NCBI RefSeq assembly: GCF_002571385.2
Contig: NW_019217854.1
Span: 181,134-245,133 of the forward strand
Direction of reading: 5' to 3'
DNA from: Stylophora pistillata
Lineage: Eukaryota
DNA length: 64,000 bases
Shown here: positions 23,635-36,400 of the stretch, piece by piece
How the letters are laid out: each line of letters opens with the position of its first letter
Position numbering within the stretch: the stretch's first letter is position 1
The notes under the pieces: model-generated
Database searches by the model: none
Seen by the model: only the letters and a program-made list of their open reading frames with translations
What the model was told of the DNA's origin: nothing
Made by a program: the position numbers and the translations under genes

Positions 23635-26389
23635 AAAAAATTGCTCTACAGAGTGCTTAATATTTAAGCCTAAATGTAAATGATGAATTGGAAAGTTATG
23701 AAGTCTTCATATGGAGTAATGAGATTATAAACTATCTAAATATTCGAACAACTTCATTTTGACATAAGAATGTAGGTTCTGTGGCATCAGTTTACTAGGA
23801 AAACACATTACATTTTCGCTTGTCAAAGTATATCATTTAAAACAAATACTATTTCCATATATAAAATAGTTTAGATATATAGATATAGATCGAAAATTTA
23901 CATTAATCCACTTCATATTTATATTGTATTTTGATATATATCTATATAATTATACATTGTTTATGAATGTCCTTGTTGTAGGGCAAAAAATTTGAACATC
24001 TCTTTTTTGCATCAGTTTTGAGTGCTCACTTGGATGAGCGAAAATTTTTACTGTTAGTCGTTTTTCACCAACAAAGCTACTCCAAAAGATTGCCTGTGTT
24101 AATTAATTCGTTTTGAAAACCCCCTTGCAATATTGTTACCAGTGCTTATCAGAGGTGTCGTAATATTTTGAACACTTTTAAAGTAGGGGCTTATGAAGGA
24201 ATAATTTACTTTCAATGAATACCATTTCCGCGATTTATTGACATTGCGTGCCTTTTTTCTTTAAGATTCTTCCGCTAAGTTTGCTTTCAGACATAATTTA
24301 TCTTCTTTGCATTTTAAGTCCCGAACTTATTTTAGTAAGTAGCGCTTTTCTTCCGGTTTTAGAAGATCAACTCATTTGAAAAAATATAGGATCGCCTTCG
24401 CAGCTTTTGTTACCAAGGTAACCTTTAAAAAAAGCAGTAACGCCATAATCGACTTTTCGCTTCCAGCTGATCGCAAACATCGGAAATTTCATCCTTGTTA
24501 TTAATACAGCCAAAAATAGAAAACAGTGTAGACTTTCTAATACACTTAATTAGACACGTCAAAAAATCTTGAGTGACTTAGCAGCAAGGGGCCAATAATT
24601 CTTGACTGATCTAGACAAGGTTCAATTAGCTACAATGATTGTTAGCTCTGCGATCATTCAAGCCAAAACCTTAAATCCTTTACCTCTGACGCCGTGTCAA
24701 AAACGATAATAGCTTCCAATAGAGCTGAGGAGGAAATGAACTATTTTAAGAGGGAATGTCGACAGTATTTCCTTCACTGGTTCGAAGATAGCATAGCAAC
24801 GCTACTTGGCTCGATATTTCCTTGGCGCCTAGAAGTTGGTTATTTTGCCTCAGGCTTAAACACATTTGCTCGTTCTTTAGGTTATTGCAAGTCATATATA
24901 TTATGTCCTTTTTTTTTTTATCAACAAATCTGAGCCGGTGAGTTAGGAGGGTCTCTCTGTTTATACAACAGCCTTGTCTCCGGCTTATGACTAAAATAAG
25001 GATTAAACAAAGTTCCATAAACATTTTTAGGTGGTCAGTTCGGTGTTGCTTCAATCAGGGTCCGCATCAGTTCCACTACAAAAGTGTGAAAACAAAGGTT
25101 GTATTGATTTTAGTCGCAACTATTAGATTCACAGATAAAGGTGCTTTGTACAACTTTAACCCCATTTTCTAAAGATGACGGCTCCACATGATGATAGATA
25201 AAAAGGTTTTTAGCTGCATCTAACGTTCTAATTTTCCTTCTCTGTCAATGTGTCGTGTTGTTGTCCAAGGGAGTACAATTTTCTCACTGCGTCCATTCTC
25301 GACTTGACTTGCTGAGACATAAGGAAAGCGTGCATGATATTAGTAGAAGACAGTGAAGATTAACTTTCTTGGAGGCTTGAAGATACACCTCACTAGTATA
25401 ACATTTAGTGATTAGCTTCGCAATTTGATTATTCTACAAAGAGCTGAGTGTGGCCATAGAAAGTTCCATCTGTTCTATTTTTACAAACAGGTTCCCAATG
25501 ACAAGAGAGCCCTTGTCTTGTTTAGAATAGACAATGAAACAAGGCAGCCTTTTGTTTTTGTCTTTGCTTATTTTCATCACAGTGTTCTCAAAACGAAAAG
25601 TTATGACCGCTCCCTTGAGAAACCAAGGGATGGTGTTCGAGAATTCGAGTGATCTACGTGAATAACCTTTTCGTAGACAGATGATATATTTCTACCAAAA
25701 GTATCTCGAAAGCTAGGTACTTATGAAAGGACAGTTTACATAAAGACAGGTGAAAATCTAATTAGAGAGCACACGCAGACAAACTGTCCTTGTCTCTCTT
25801 AGAGGTCATATCAAATGATACCATGAGGTAAAAATGAACTTGACACGATATGAATCCTTGATTGTGACCAAGAAAACAAGAAATGAACGAGATCCATTAA
25901 AGATATTGGCTTGATTTGCTAGAACTAAATATTGGATGTACTTAATTCGAATGGGCGAGTACTGGATGATCGAGGCGCAGAAAAAAAGATAGTTGAAAAC
26001 ACTATCTTCGCTTAACCTTCTGACGAATTTATTTTCTAGTAAAGCTTTTGAACTGTTAAAGGCTCAATTCCACTAAGAGACTACGCTTCAGTAAGCAAGT
26101 TTTCTTCGAAGTCCTATAGCCTCTCAGAACAGCAAGAGGCTGCAAATTAGCTGGCCAAGAAAATAGCTCGGGGCTGTGTAAGGCAATGATTTTACGTGTG
26201 CCTCAATAAATTTATTCAAAAACTGTGGCTGTAAGCGAAAAATAGCCCTGTAGCAGATCAAGTGTGTTTACAAACATTATTGTTGCTCTTTCGTTTGCTA
26301 TTGTTGCGTGAGCCCGTGCGCGGCCATGGGAATCCATCTGATCAATCTGCGCCTGTAGTATTGTTATGTAAGCGGTCGCATTTTAACAA

Positions 26390-26416
26390 GATTGGCGCCA
26401 AACTTAAAATGGCGGC
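26390..26416. promoter_or_regulatory. E2F-type site, inverted CCAAT and YY1-type motif at the SKA1 start
   Basis: GATTGGCGCCAAA reads TTTGGCGC on the minus strand; AAAATGGCGGC overlaps the ATG. Consistent with a cell-cycle gene; motif match only. Confidence 0.45.
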
Positions 26417-29400
26417 GACTCTGGAGCAAATGGCGGAAATTTTCTCTGCAAAAATCTCCAGTTTAAAGCGATGCATGGAATTAAGAGGCGCAAGTAAGAT
26501 CTAAAAAATAGAAGATGAAATTTAAATGTAGTTTTTATTGAAATCCGATGTTAGGCAAAATGTCATATGTAGATTTTACAGTGTAGTTGATCGTTGATTC
26601 GCAAGATAAATGATTCTTTGAAAGTACAAATTAATACCGTTCACTCATTGTCAGAATCATTTATCCGAGATCAAAGACCAGTCAACCATTTTTTTTCTTT
26701 CATACTGTGCACTGTGCATTTGTATTTGTGTGATGTTGGGTTTGATTTTTCAATCATATGGCAGAGCATTTTGGTTTTTATAAACATCCTAACGCGTTAA
26801 CTAGTTGTAGTACCCTTACAAAGATACAGCGTCTGGAAAATCCCACTTCCTGTACTTTTTTCACCCGAATCTCTTTCTCAACCACTCGCTATCGAGTAGG
26901 TACATTGGTTATCTAATTAACATCTTTAGGGTACGGGGGGTATGTTGTTTTTAAAGTCAGCTTTCAAAAATTGGGAAAGAAGTGGGCCAACTCATTTTAT
27001 ATAGGGCCTGGTACTTGTGCTTCTGCCAGCTTGTCACAAAAAACACTGTTTACAATGTCATTTGCTCCTATTATCATTAGTGAGTTCTGCCAACTGCGAT
27101 TCTGTGTTGAGGTCTTTGGACAAAGAATTGCTGGAGATAGAGTCTTCTCTAAGTAGCTTTCAAGCACATTTGGAAAAGGAAAAGAAGTTATTAGAGCAAG
27201 GAGAGGTATCTCATGTTAATTAGGTAGAGACAAACAATTGAGAAACCCTTTTATCAAGGAGCATGATTATCTCTGGACTTAGTGTGTGCCTAATCTCATT
27301 TTGTGCCTTATATCCCCTAGAAGTATTCATTTGATTATTAGATTAAATCATTTCTGAAGTGTGGTTGTTATAATAGTAAGTATAATTCCACCATTCTATT
27401 GATACATGTATTTATTTAAATATCATCTAAGGCTATACAAGCTGTTGCAGACAAATATAAAGAAAGGCTAGTACATGTCACATCCAACCTCCCATCACAT
27501 CTCCCTGGAGTTGAAAAGATATCCAAAAGGTAAAAATTAATAACTGACTCACAAAATGAAAAGTTATATAACTAAGAGCCTCTCTTTATAGTTAAAGGAG
27601 TCAGTTATCATGTAAAGCTTCTCATGTGCACTTGCTCTCCTGCATTGAAAGGTTAATTTGCTAAATGTTAATACTCATATTTGTTGCTCCAGAGCAAAAG
27701 AAGTCAACAGGGCTTATTATTTATCATTAGAGAATTCATGGTAGAATGCTCTTTTGGGAACTGAAATAGGTTTTTATCGCAGTTGCATTGTACTAGTAAC
27801 AGTATTCTGATAGCAAAAACTGCACATGAATCATCTACGTCTATACAATGAGTTGAAAAATCTGACGCTTCTTTTTCCCATTTTGTCTCAGTAGTGTCTT
27901 GCAAGATAGTTTTGCATTTTATTTGAAGTAGAGCAGCTCTATGTTGACACTAAACTAAAGATAAAAAGCTAAAATGCATATATTCAGCAGAATTTCATTT
28001 TTTGTCTTAACTCTGATCACTTAGAGGAGTTTTAAAAGAGGATGTTGTGACAGAGAGTGTAAAAAAGCCCAGAAAGACCCGCAGAGCTAAAGGTTTGTCT
28101 AGTGAGGATGGATGCGAGTTTCCAAAGTTAGCATATCTCACAGTTGAAGAGTTTGACGAAATACCAAAGTAAGAGAACAGTAGATTAAACTACATTGTGA
28201 TGTAGACTTCTAAAGTCAAATTAAGATTCTAGACCTCTTGCAATTCCCTGTATTTAGATTTATCTAATCAAGAAGAGAAGATACTTGATACATACTCCTT
28301 CCTAACTTGGGATACTTCTGTTTGTATCTGTGTGGCTCAAAGTAATGACATATGGCAGCTTTTTTTTATAAATATATCTGTTGAAATAGTTATGTAGCAG
28401 ATTTGATTTGTTTTGTTCTAAACTCATCATCTTTGTTGCTATTGTTGTTATTTTAATTTGCATTGTTGTTGTGTTGTTCTCATAAACACTTTTAAATAAT
28501 CTACACTTACTCACTACCCTCAGGTACATTAAGGGACGTACTTCTTATGACCAAGTCAATAATGCCATTGACGAAATTTATAAAGTTATCACAGCAAAGT
28601 ACAAGATTCTACGTCTTCCTCGCTCAGCAATGGGAGAGCCAGTTATGAAAAAATACAAGGTAGATCAGGGCTGTATGTTGTTCAGCAGAGCCCAATAGCA
28701 ATAGGCAACTAACTTCTGACTTTGGTTGACTTGCATTACATTGCTATAATTATAAATTTAAAGGTGTTTGAAAACCCAGACACCCCAGATATGCAACATT
28801 AGAGCTGTAAGGCACCCTTAACTTTAATTGCTTTCCTTGTCATGAACTGAAAACATGTTAATCTGAACTTACTTGGTTTTTTCTCAGTCTTATTATGTCA
28901 CTGCATTCTCTTGAGATTCATTAGTTGCTTAACAGTTATGGTGATGTTTGAAACCTGCTGGCAGATTACTCATTTGTTGTGAAGGATATGCTTGCTTCCT
29001 GAATTTGTTTGGAAGGACTGTTTTAACTACAAATATGATATCTTAAAGTCTCAGCGGAAATGCTTGGTTTCCCTGCACATCTTGAGTATTTCCTGTTTTC
29101 AGTAATACAATTAACACCTCTTTTATAAATTACTGACATGCATTTCTTTTGTTTATCTAAGGCTTTTAAAGAGGCCGAGATACCAGACACAGAGGGTAAG
29201 TGACCTTAACTGGCCTTAAGATACATGTGAACATGAACAATCTGTGCCCTTAGCAGAAACAAAACTGTTGCTCTCATTGTCTTTAATACATATCAGATAA
29301 AATATACAGTTATGTCTTTAGTTATGATTTTTAAATAAAATAAGTTCTGTGCTGAAATATACATGTATAAAAAACTTGCTGCATGTTTATGAATAGATTA

Positions 29401-29823
29401 ATCTACTTACAAAGGAATTTTTAAATCTTTCAGTGTTATAATATTGGGTCTGAAAGTTGTCTTTTGGCAAAGATTGTGACCAGTTTGTTGAGGAAGTCAG
29501 TCAGAGTAATTTACAACTGAGTGCCATAAGCAATCCAGGAACATATCTATTCTGCTTTGTTATGCTCTTTGATTGGTTTACAAAGACGAGACTCTTTCAA
29601 CCAATTTGTCTCTCCTTTTCCATTCCATAATGACCCTCAATTACAGCTGCTTTGGTTTCGTTCCTCTACAGGGGAGTATTTTTTTATTGATGATGATCTC
29701 AAGACATACTCACAACTCAAGCTGGACTCCACAGGAAGGGCAATACTTACCATGTTAAGACACTGTGGCCGGCTCAGGGAAGTACGAGGAAAAAAACTGC
29801 TCAGATATGTTCTGAGACTGTAA
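26409..29823 (+). CDS. SKA1: Spindle and kinetochore-associated protein 1 (7 exons)
   Basis: Exons 26409-26493, 27081-27205, 27432-27529, 28025-28168, 28524-28659, 29162-29195 and 29672-29823 join in frame. Motifs: KISSLKRCMELR, NLPSHLP, LTVEEFDEIPKYIKGR, LRHCGRLREVRG..LLRYV. Confidence 0.93.
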
Positions 29824-30311
29824 ATCTGCTCACCCTAAGCAATCAAAAGCATTTTACACCCCAGCTTGATTAGTTATGGCATTGTATGAGGCAAAGATGT
29901 GTCAACTTTTTTCAGTTAAACTATAAAGTTTACTTTATTCCCTTTACAGTGCATATCATATCTATTTAGTTGTTCTCTAGCACTTACATATAGAACTAAA
30001 TTATCTGCAAAGGTATGTAATAATTACATACAAATAATTTCAGTTCTCTAGATAATGAAGCCATCTTTGCTACTTTAAATGAAAGTGCACAGAAACTCTT
30101 TTTTGAAAAATATTGAAAAAAATTGTCAAGACTGAAGACGATTTTTATGGTAGCCGACCCAAGAAGGGTTTTACAATCCACTGTTGAATTAAGGGTAGAT
30201 GACAAAAATCAAAAAGAAAAAAACCTGGTGGAAACTAGAAATTTTAAAACCTGATACCTGGGCATGTTTATCTACTTTGTTTTAATTGGTTTACAAACTT
30301 CACAATGCCAG

Positions 30312-30457
30312 GGCCCAGTTGTATTAAGGGTGGTTAACGCAATCCAGCAGATAAATCGCTATTCAGCAGATAAGTAAAAGCAAAACGTGCTGCGCTATCC
30401 ATCGGATAGAGGTTTATTCAGTGTACAGCGTTATCCATCCTTCGAACAACCGGGGGC
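30312..30457. mobile_element. MITE with 3-bp CAG TSD
   Basis: CAG|GGCCCAGTTG...CAACCGGGGGC|CAG, with internal ATCC..GGATA subrepeats. Confidence 0.7.
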
Positions 30458-32021
30458 CAGATGTGTAATAGTTGCAGCTACATGTAAAGAGTAGATATTT
30501 CACATGATTGATCTAACTCCAAAGTCGCCCACAAAATCGACTCTTTCCTACATTAGTGACCTTATTTCTTCGACCACTCTTAATTACAAGTTGTTTAAGA
30601 ATTCTATCTATTATTGCTTTCATTTTTAAAAGACTAGTTCAGTTTTTCTCATTTTTTCTATATCGTTTGTTCCTGTTTTAGTCTGAGTAATGTTCTTTGT
30701 CCTTTTTAGCTTTGTGATCCATCTGAAGCTAAAATGTTGTCTTTATCTTTTGCTAGATAATTGTCCCTCAGTCTGCATTTTCTTGCATCCTGTGTCAGTG
30801 TAATTACTGGTTACTGGTGATGTATTTGTCATGAATACTAACTTATAACTAGTGGTTTGCCAACTTGTCATTTTCGTATTTTGTTGTGTCACGTCAATAG
30901 CGTCGGTATGGAATATAATGGAACTCTGCTTCTCTGTAGTTAAGATTCTTCGGGTTACCTGTTCACCAAATAGTGTTCGTTTTTTGTCGCAGGTCCTGTG
31001 TAAATATTGCGATGATACTATGTTTAACTGTTTTCTTGGTATTACTTTTACATTACTTTGAGAACAAAAGTTTGAAATGATAAGTACCAAAGATCTGCTG
31101 TTACATATTTCATGTTAATATGTCAGTCAAATATAATACAAAGACGGTATGGTACTTTGTTTGAATTAAGGAGATTTGCGTTTTTCTCGGTCACCCATTT
31201 ATGAGCCGTCATCGAAATTAACTTGAAACAACCACGTCGCCTGAATGTGTTGAATAAGACAGGCAAGGATCAAACTAGCTTACCAATAAAATCAAGTTAA
31301 TGTTAGTACAAAGAATGGCAAAGGTGGAATATGGAGTGGAGCACTACGCAGAAACAAAAGTCACTCAGACTAGCAAAAAATTATTAAAATTAACTCGTTC
31401 AGTACAAGGGTTAGTTTTTTAAGTTGTAAATCTACGTTCTTATTGAGCTTTCGTCTTCCTCTGTTACTGAGTATCCTAACTTTTTACTAAGCCAACCTTT
31501 TCTTTTGTTATAGATTCGATAACTAAATCTTAATTGAGTTCAATTTTTTCAGTAGCCCTGTTGCGTCATTCGCTAGTAGAAATATGTAAGAAAATTAGGA
31601 GTATAATGGCAAGTAAAAACATATTTTGATATATGCAGTCTCTATACCTTGTTGTTAGATTCTTGTCTTAGTTAAATGCATACATTTAAAGTTAGCCACA
31701 ATGTGGTAAGCAGTTTTTGCATTTTTGTCGTTTTAAGTGAAGGCCGCCGATGTTCACTGAATTAGTTCCATGTTTTCCCTTTAAGCTATTTAGTTCAAAT
31801 GACGTAGCTAGCGTTTTGTTTTCTGTTCTAATTATTTCCTAGATCTTGATTAGTACCGCGTTAGCTCGTTGCAGGAAGTACACACTTTAACGCTTCAACT
31901 TGGTCAGGGTTTCAAGTTAAAAAGGTTACACGCAGTTATAACTGCAGCTAACGCTGGCTGCTGTTATTTCGTATTTAACCTGTGTGACAACTGTGTCTCT
32001 GTGTCTGTTTTTCTGTCCGTG

Positions 32022-32031
32022 CGTCTGTCTC

Positions 32032-32074
<43 letters not shown>
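32022..32074. repeat. (CTGT)n microsatellite
   Basis: Read directly from the sequence. Confidence 0.95.
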
Positions 32075-32479
32075 GATCATGACTGTCCTTTTGTCTGGTT
32101 AAAGTCAATCGCCAAACCTCGGCGTATATTTCAGCGCTAGCATAACTTTTTGTAAGACCGGCTGATCCTGTATGAAACAGCCGAGTGTGACGGTCAGAGA
32201 AGAATTAAAACGTCCAAATAGTTTCTTAGTTAAGTACGTGAGTTTGCGTGTAGTTGGTTTTAAAAGGGTTTTCCGCTGGTGTCTGTTTATCCTACAGTAA
32301 TTTGCGCCTGTGATTACTTTTTAACATTTTAAGATTAGTCGTGTCATTGGTTAACTTGTTGTCCCTCCATTAGCTGTGGTATTGAAAAGTGAGGTAGGAT
32401 GGAAAGTCAGTTTGAAAATATGAAAGAAAAACTTGTTGGTTGTCGTCGTTATCGTTATCATTGACGTCTTTATCCTAAT

Positions 32480-32565
32480 TACTATTATAAGTATTACTAT
32501 TATAATTATTATTATTATTATTACTGTTATTATCGTTAACATGAATTTTATCATTACTATAATTA
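32480..32565. repeat. Degenerate (ATT)n microsatellite
   Basis: Read directly from the sequence. Confidence 0.9.
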
Positions 32566-33471
32566 CTTGTATTAGTTTCTATACATGGAATTGCTGATTC
32601 CTAGCTTGACTGCAGCGTTTAACACGAATCAGTGTTCAGCAGTGCATTAATTTTGAACCCGTGATGAATTATTGTAGTCAGAGACGCCCCTTCCCGATTG
32701 TTTTTTTTTTTTTTGTCTGTTAAGGTAGGGGCGGCTGTACACAGGTTGTGTTCCGTGTATGCTATTTTTCCCTTTAATTGTCAGCAATTTTTAAAACGCT
32801 TTAGTTTTTGCTACACAAGTCATCATTTAGTTTTAATGGAAGTTAAATTAACGTCAACAGTTTACTTTTCAATTATGTTTACCTTATGTTAAAATTGTCG
32901 TATGTTAACAAAGAGAAGGGGAGATACACCCAATGCGGCTAAAGTTTAGTGTCGAGTTAGCATTAGGGGTTTTTCTTCAGAACACACTCAGTTCCCATAT
33001 TTATATGGTGCGTTAGGAAGCGTGTTAGTATGGTTGGAAGTTTTATTTTGAATCTAGTAGTCACTACTTCATGTTGTCATATTATTAATTGAGTCTTTGT
33101 TAACCAGTTAGTCAATTGCTAGTTAACCAGTTGAATAATTTATTTGAGAATTTTCCATTAGCTAAAGATGTTTCCAAGTCATTTCGTCACTTGTCATCAG
33201 TGAAGTTCATGACGTCTAATTTCTTATAACTATCAAAAGGCTTATTGGACCATTAGAAACACACAAACCCTTACCCCATTTAACCCGTTTGTTGACAGTT
33301 ACTCAATCTTCCTTTTTTACCGGTAAGATTTTTTGGAACAAAAGAATTATAAAACAAATGTCAATCCTAATAAATAAAACAAGCCCTTAAAACGCTGCAA
33401 CTCGTTTGAAGTCATGACTACACGTGAAGAGGTGTCCCTTGAACCTGCCTTTGACTTATCCAGTGGTCCTA

Positions 33472-36400
33472 CTACACAGGGGTGTGAGCTTTTGCCTGTG
33501 GATCTTTTGGACTTTTGGGTGTGCTGGGAGCACTCTGAAACGTAACATACAAGTAGAATTTTTGAAAAGGAGATTCCAAACTCAAACCATGAGAGTAAAT
33601 ATGTTGTATATCTGTGAAGTGATGCTTTCGCAACCTAAACTGTTCTCTGACATAGCGAATTCTAGTGAGCCACATATCAATTCGACTTCTTAGTTCTTTG
33701 TAACCTTGAAGTTTTGGAAAACGGTAATTGAATGAATATTCTAATAGCTACATCGATCGTTGCGCAAGCGTGCATTTTGTACCTTCAGAGCCTCTCTTCG
33801 CTGGAATTCCATCTTGGCTATTTCATTTTCCACCCATTCTGGAATGTCGGGGATGGCGTAGGCGACCGCAAACTTGATTCCAAGAACAAGATGCTGCAAT
33901 AAAATAAGTGCAATTTCTTTTTCTTTTTTTTTTTAAATTCATGAAGTTCCACCATCACATTGTAAGGCCCTATGACGGATAGGAGAAGGAAAGCTGATAG
34001 CAGAGGGGGCGTGGGGAGAGATGGGAAAGTTACATGAAGGAATAAAATGGTCTCTACTGGCTACTAAAAGGCAGTGGAGAAGAGAGAATCATGGGAAAGG
34101 AAGGAAATTAAAAGGTAAAGGGAGATATGGGGAAAAGAGCTCAAACCCCGAGCTGACCTCAAGGACAACGATGAGAATGATCCTGTCAGTTACTGTCATG
34201 TTGGGGAACATCCGCTGAACTGAGCCGCCCATGCCAAGTAAAGCCAGGTTCACCATTACTGCCACTACTCCCATGACTTCCATTGCATCCTATGAGAGAA
34301 AGACACCAAAGGGTTTATGAGGGAGAAGTTTGATGTATGTGGAATCGTGCAAGAAAAATGCTCTGACTCATGATACTTTTTCGGACAAAAATCAATTTAC
34401 TCATTTAACATTTTAATTTGAACATGGAAGTGAGAAATTGCGAAAAATGTAATGAAGTCATATTGAGGAAGCTTGATTAAAATGAGCGAAAAAGTTACCT
34501 GCCATGTGCCAATGTTTTCTACTCGCTCTCCGAAAGGTCGACGCAGATTGGTACACAGTTTAAAAGCATCGCTCCTGATTTCTATGATGTTGTTAAGAAG
34601 AGCGCACAAGGCAGCGAGAGGAAAAGCAGAAGAGAACAGAACCACATAACCAAACTGTATGAACATTTCCAGGTAGTCCTCGAACGTGTCCTAAGAGAAG
34701 CAAAGTGCGAAACATTTAAGATGTCACAATGAATAACAAACATGACTATCTAATCCGGAAGGAAAAGAAATCCATGAACAGATGTACAAAAGGGACATTC
34801 TTTGGGCGCAGAATTAGGAATGTTAAAGTATTCTTCGGAGGAGAAGTACACCATAACCTGGTAACGAAAGATGAAACGTATCCTTACCCCCCTTTTACTC
34901 GACATTATGCAGTTTTTTTTTGTTTTTTTTTTTAATATTTGGACCCCAATCCCCGGATCATAACTTCAATGAAGTTGAAGTAAATGACATAAAAAACAAA
35001 CTTTGACGAGTATATAGAGTTATAAAGCGTCAGCCACACGGAGAACCTGCTCGTTTAAACTCTTGTTACCTCATATTCTGCCATGGTGCTCTCAATTTCA
35101 GCCTGGTTCATCAGTGGCGAGTCCAATTCCTTGGGTTTATCTGACTTCTTGTCAGCTGCCCCCTTATCTTTACCTTCCTTTTCGTCTAGCTCTTTTTTCG
35201 CCTTAGCTTCTTCCTTCTTTAGTTTCCACTCCTTCACCTTTTGCTTCACAAATGGAACCAGCGCTTCCTTGACGTTTCCAACCACTTGTTTAGTGATGAG
35301 CAGTGCGGCGAGTTGCTGGAATTGATAAAAAAAAAAATTGTTGGTTTAACGCTTTCTAGGAACTAAGATATACCTCGGCACGATCCTCGAATATTTTAAA
35401 GCAAATGAGCTTTCATCATAAACATTCTAAATCACGTAGAGTATTATGGAGATATAGTCCACGTTTTAGTGGTTAAGGCACTTCGCTAATTGTAAGCTAA
35501 ACTTGGAGCATGTCTTTCTCAATTTGACTCTCACTTTTGGGAGCAAACATCTGTTGTCTCGAGCTTTCCATATCGACTTTGGGGGATATAAAGGGATGAA
35601 TGAAAACAGTGGGCCTAAATTTGGTAGAAATCTGCTTTTCTGCAGAACCAGGGCTTATCATGTTGTAAAAAAGACCTTATCTACTGTTATAATTTGAAAA
35701 TATCAACAAAGTTGAAATGGTAAATTGGCAACCATTACGGTTATAAAAGCTGACGTTTCGAGCGTTTGCCCTTCCGACGAAGGGCTAACGCTAGAAACGT
35801 CAGCTTTTATAACAGTAACGGTGGCCAATTTACCATTTCAACTTTGTTGATATATTCAAATTATTTCGTTACCCCCACCGACGCAGCGCCAAACAGTTTC
35901 TTTAGAAACTATCAGCCCTTATCTACTGTTCTTTGTTGAATACGTTTTTATAGATTGTAATATTTGCTTACAGTTTTAAGCCTGTCCATGTCTCGGAGGT
36001 AGAAGGCAATGTAGAACAGTGCCAAGAAGGCGTTGAAGAACTGGAACTGCAAGAAAAGAATGAGTGAAAAAAGAAAATTAATATTGCATCTAATGCCTCA
36101 GCTATAGCTCAGTTTCGGGGAAGTTATATACATAAAAAAAATTCACTTACCGAAACAAGCTTGATAATCAAGTGGTTTTCATATGTCTCCTGTAATCGAT
36201 AGTTCTCTGTGAATAGAACATGAGCCTTCCAATCAAGAATAATTATATTTAACGTGTATTTAATAACACTCACAGCTAGTTTCGTATTTTCTTTTTATCT
36301 AAAAAAAGGAATCAGTCATTCACTCGGCATTAGGTTAATTTCATTAGTATCGTTGTACACCATCGAATAAACTCGTTTTCCTTCTATTCTGAGGTGTAAA

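Noticed and set aside
31869-32554. ORFs with repetitive peptides (CLSV/TDRQ, poly-Ile)
   Set aside because: They are translations of the (CTGT)n and (ATT)n microsatellites.
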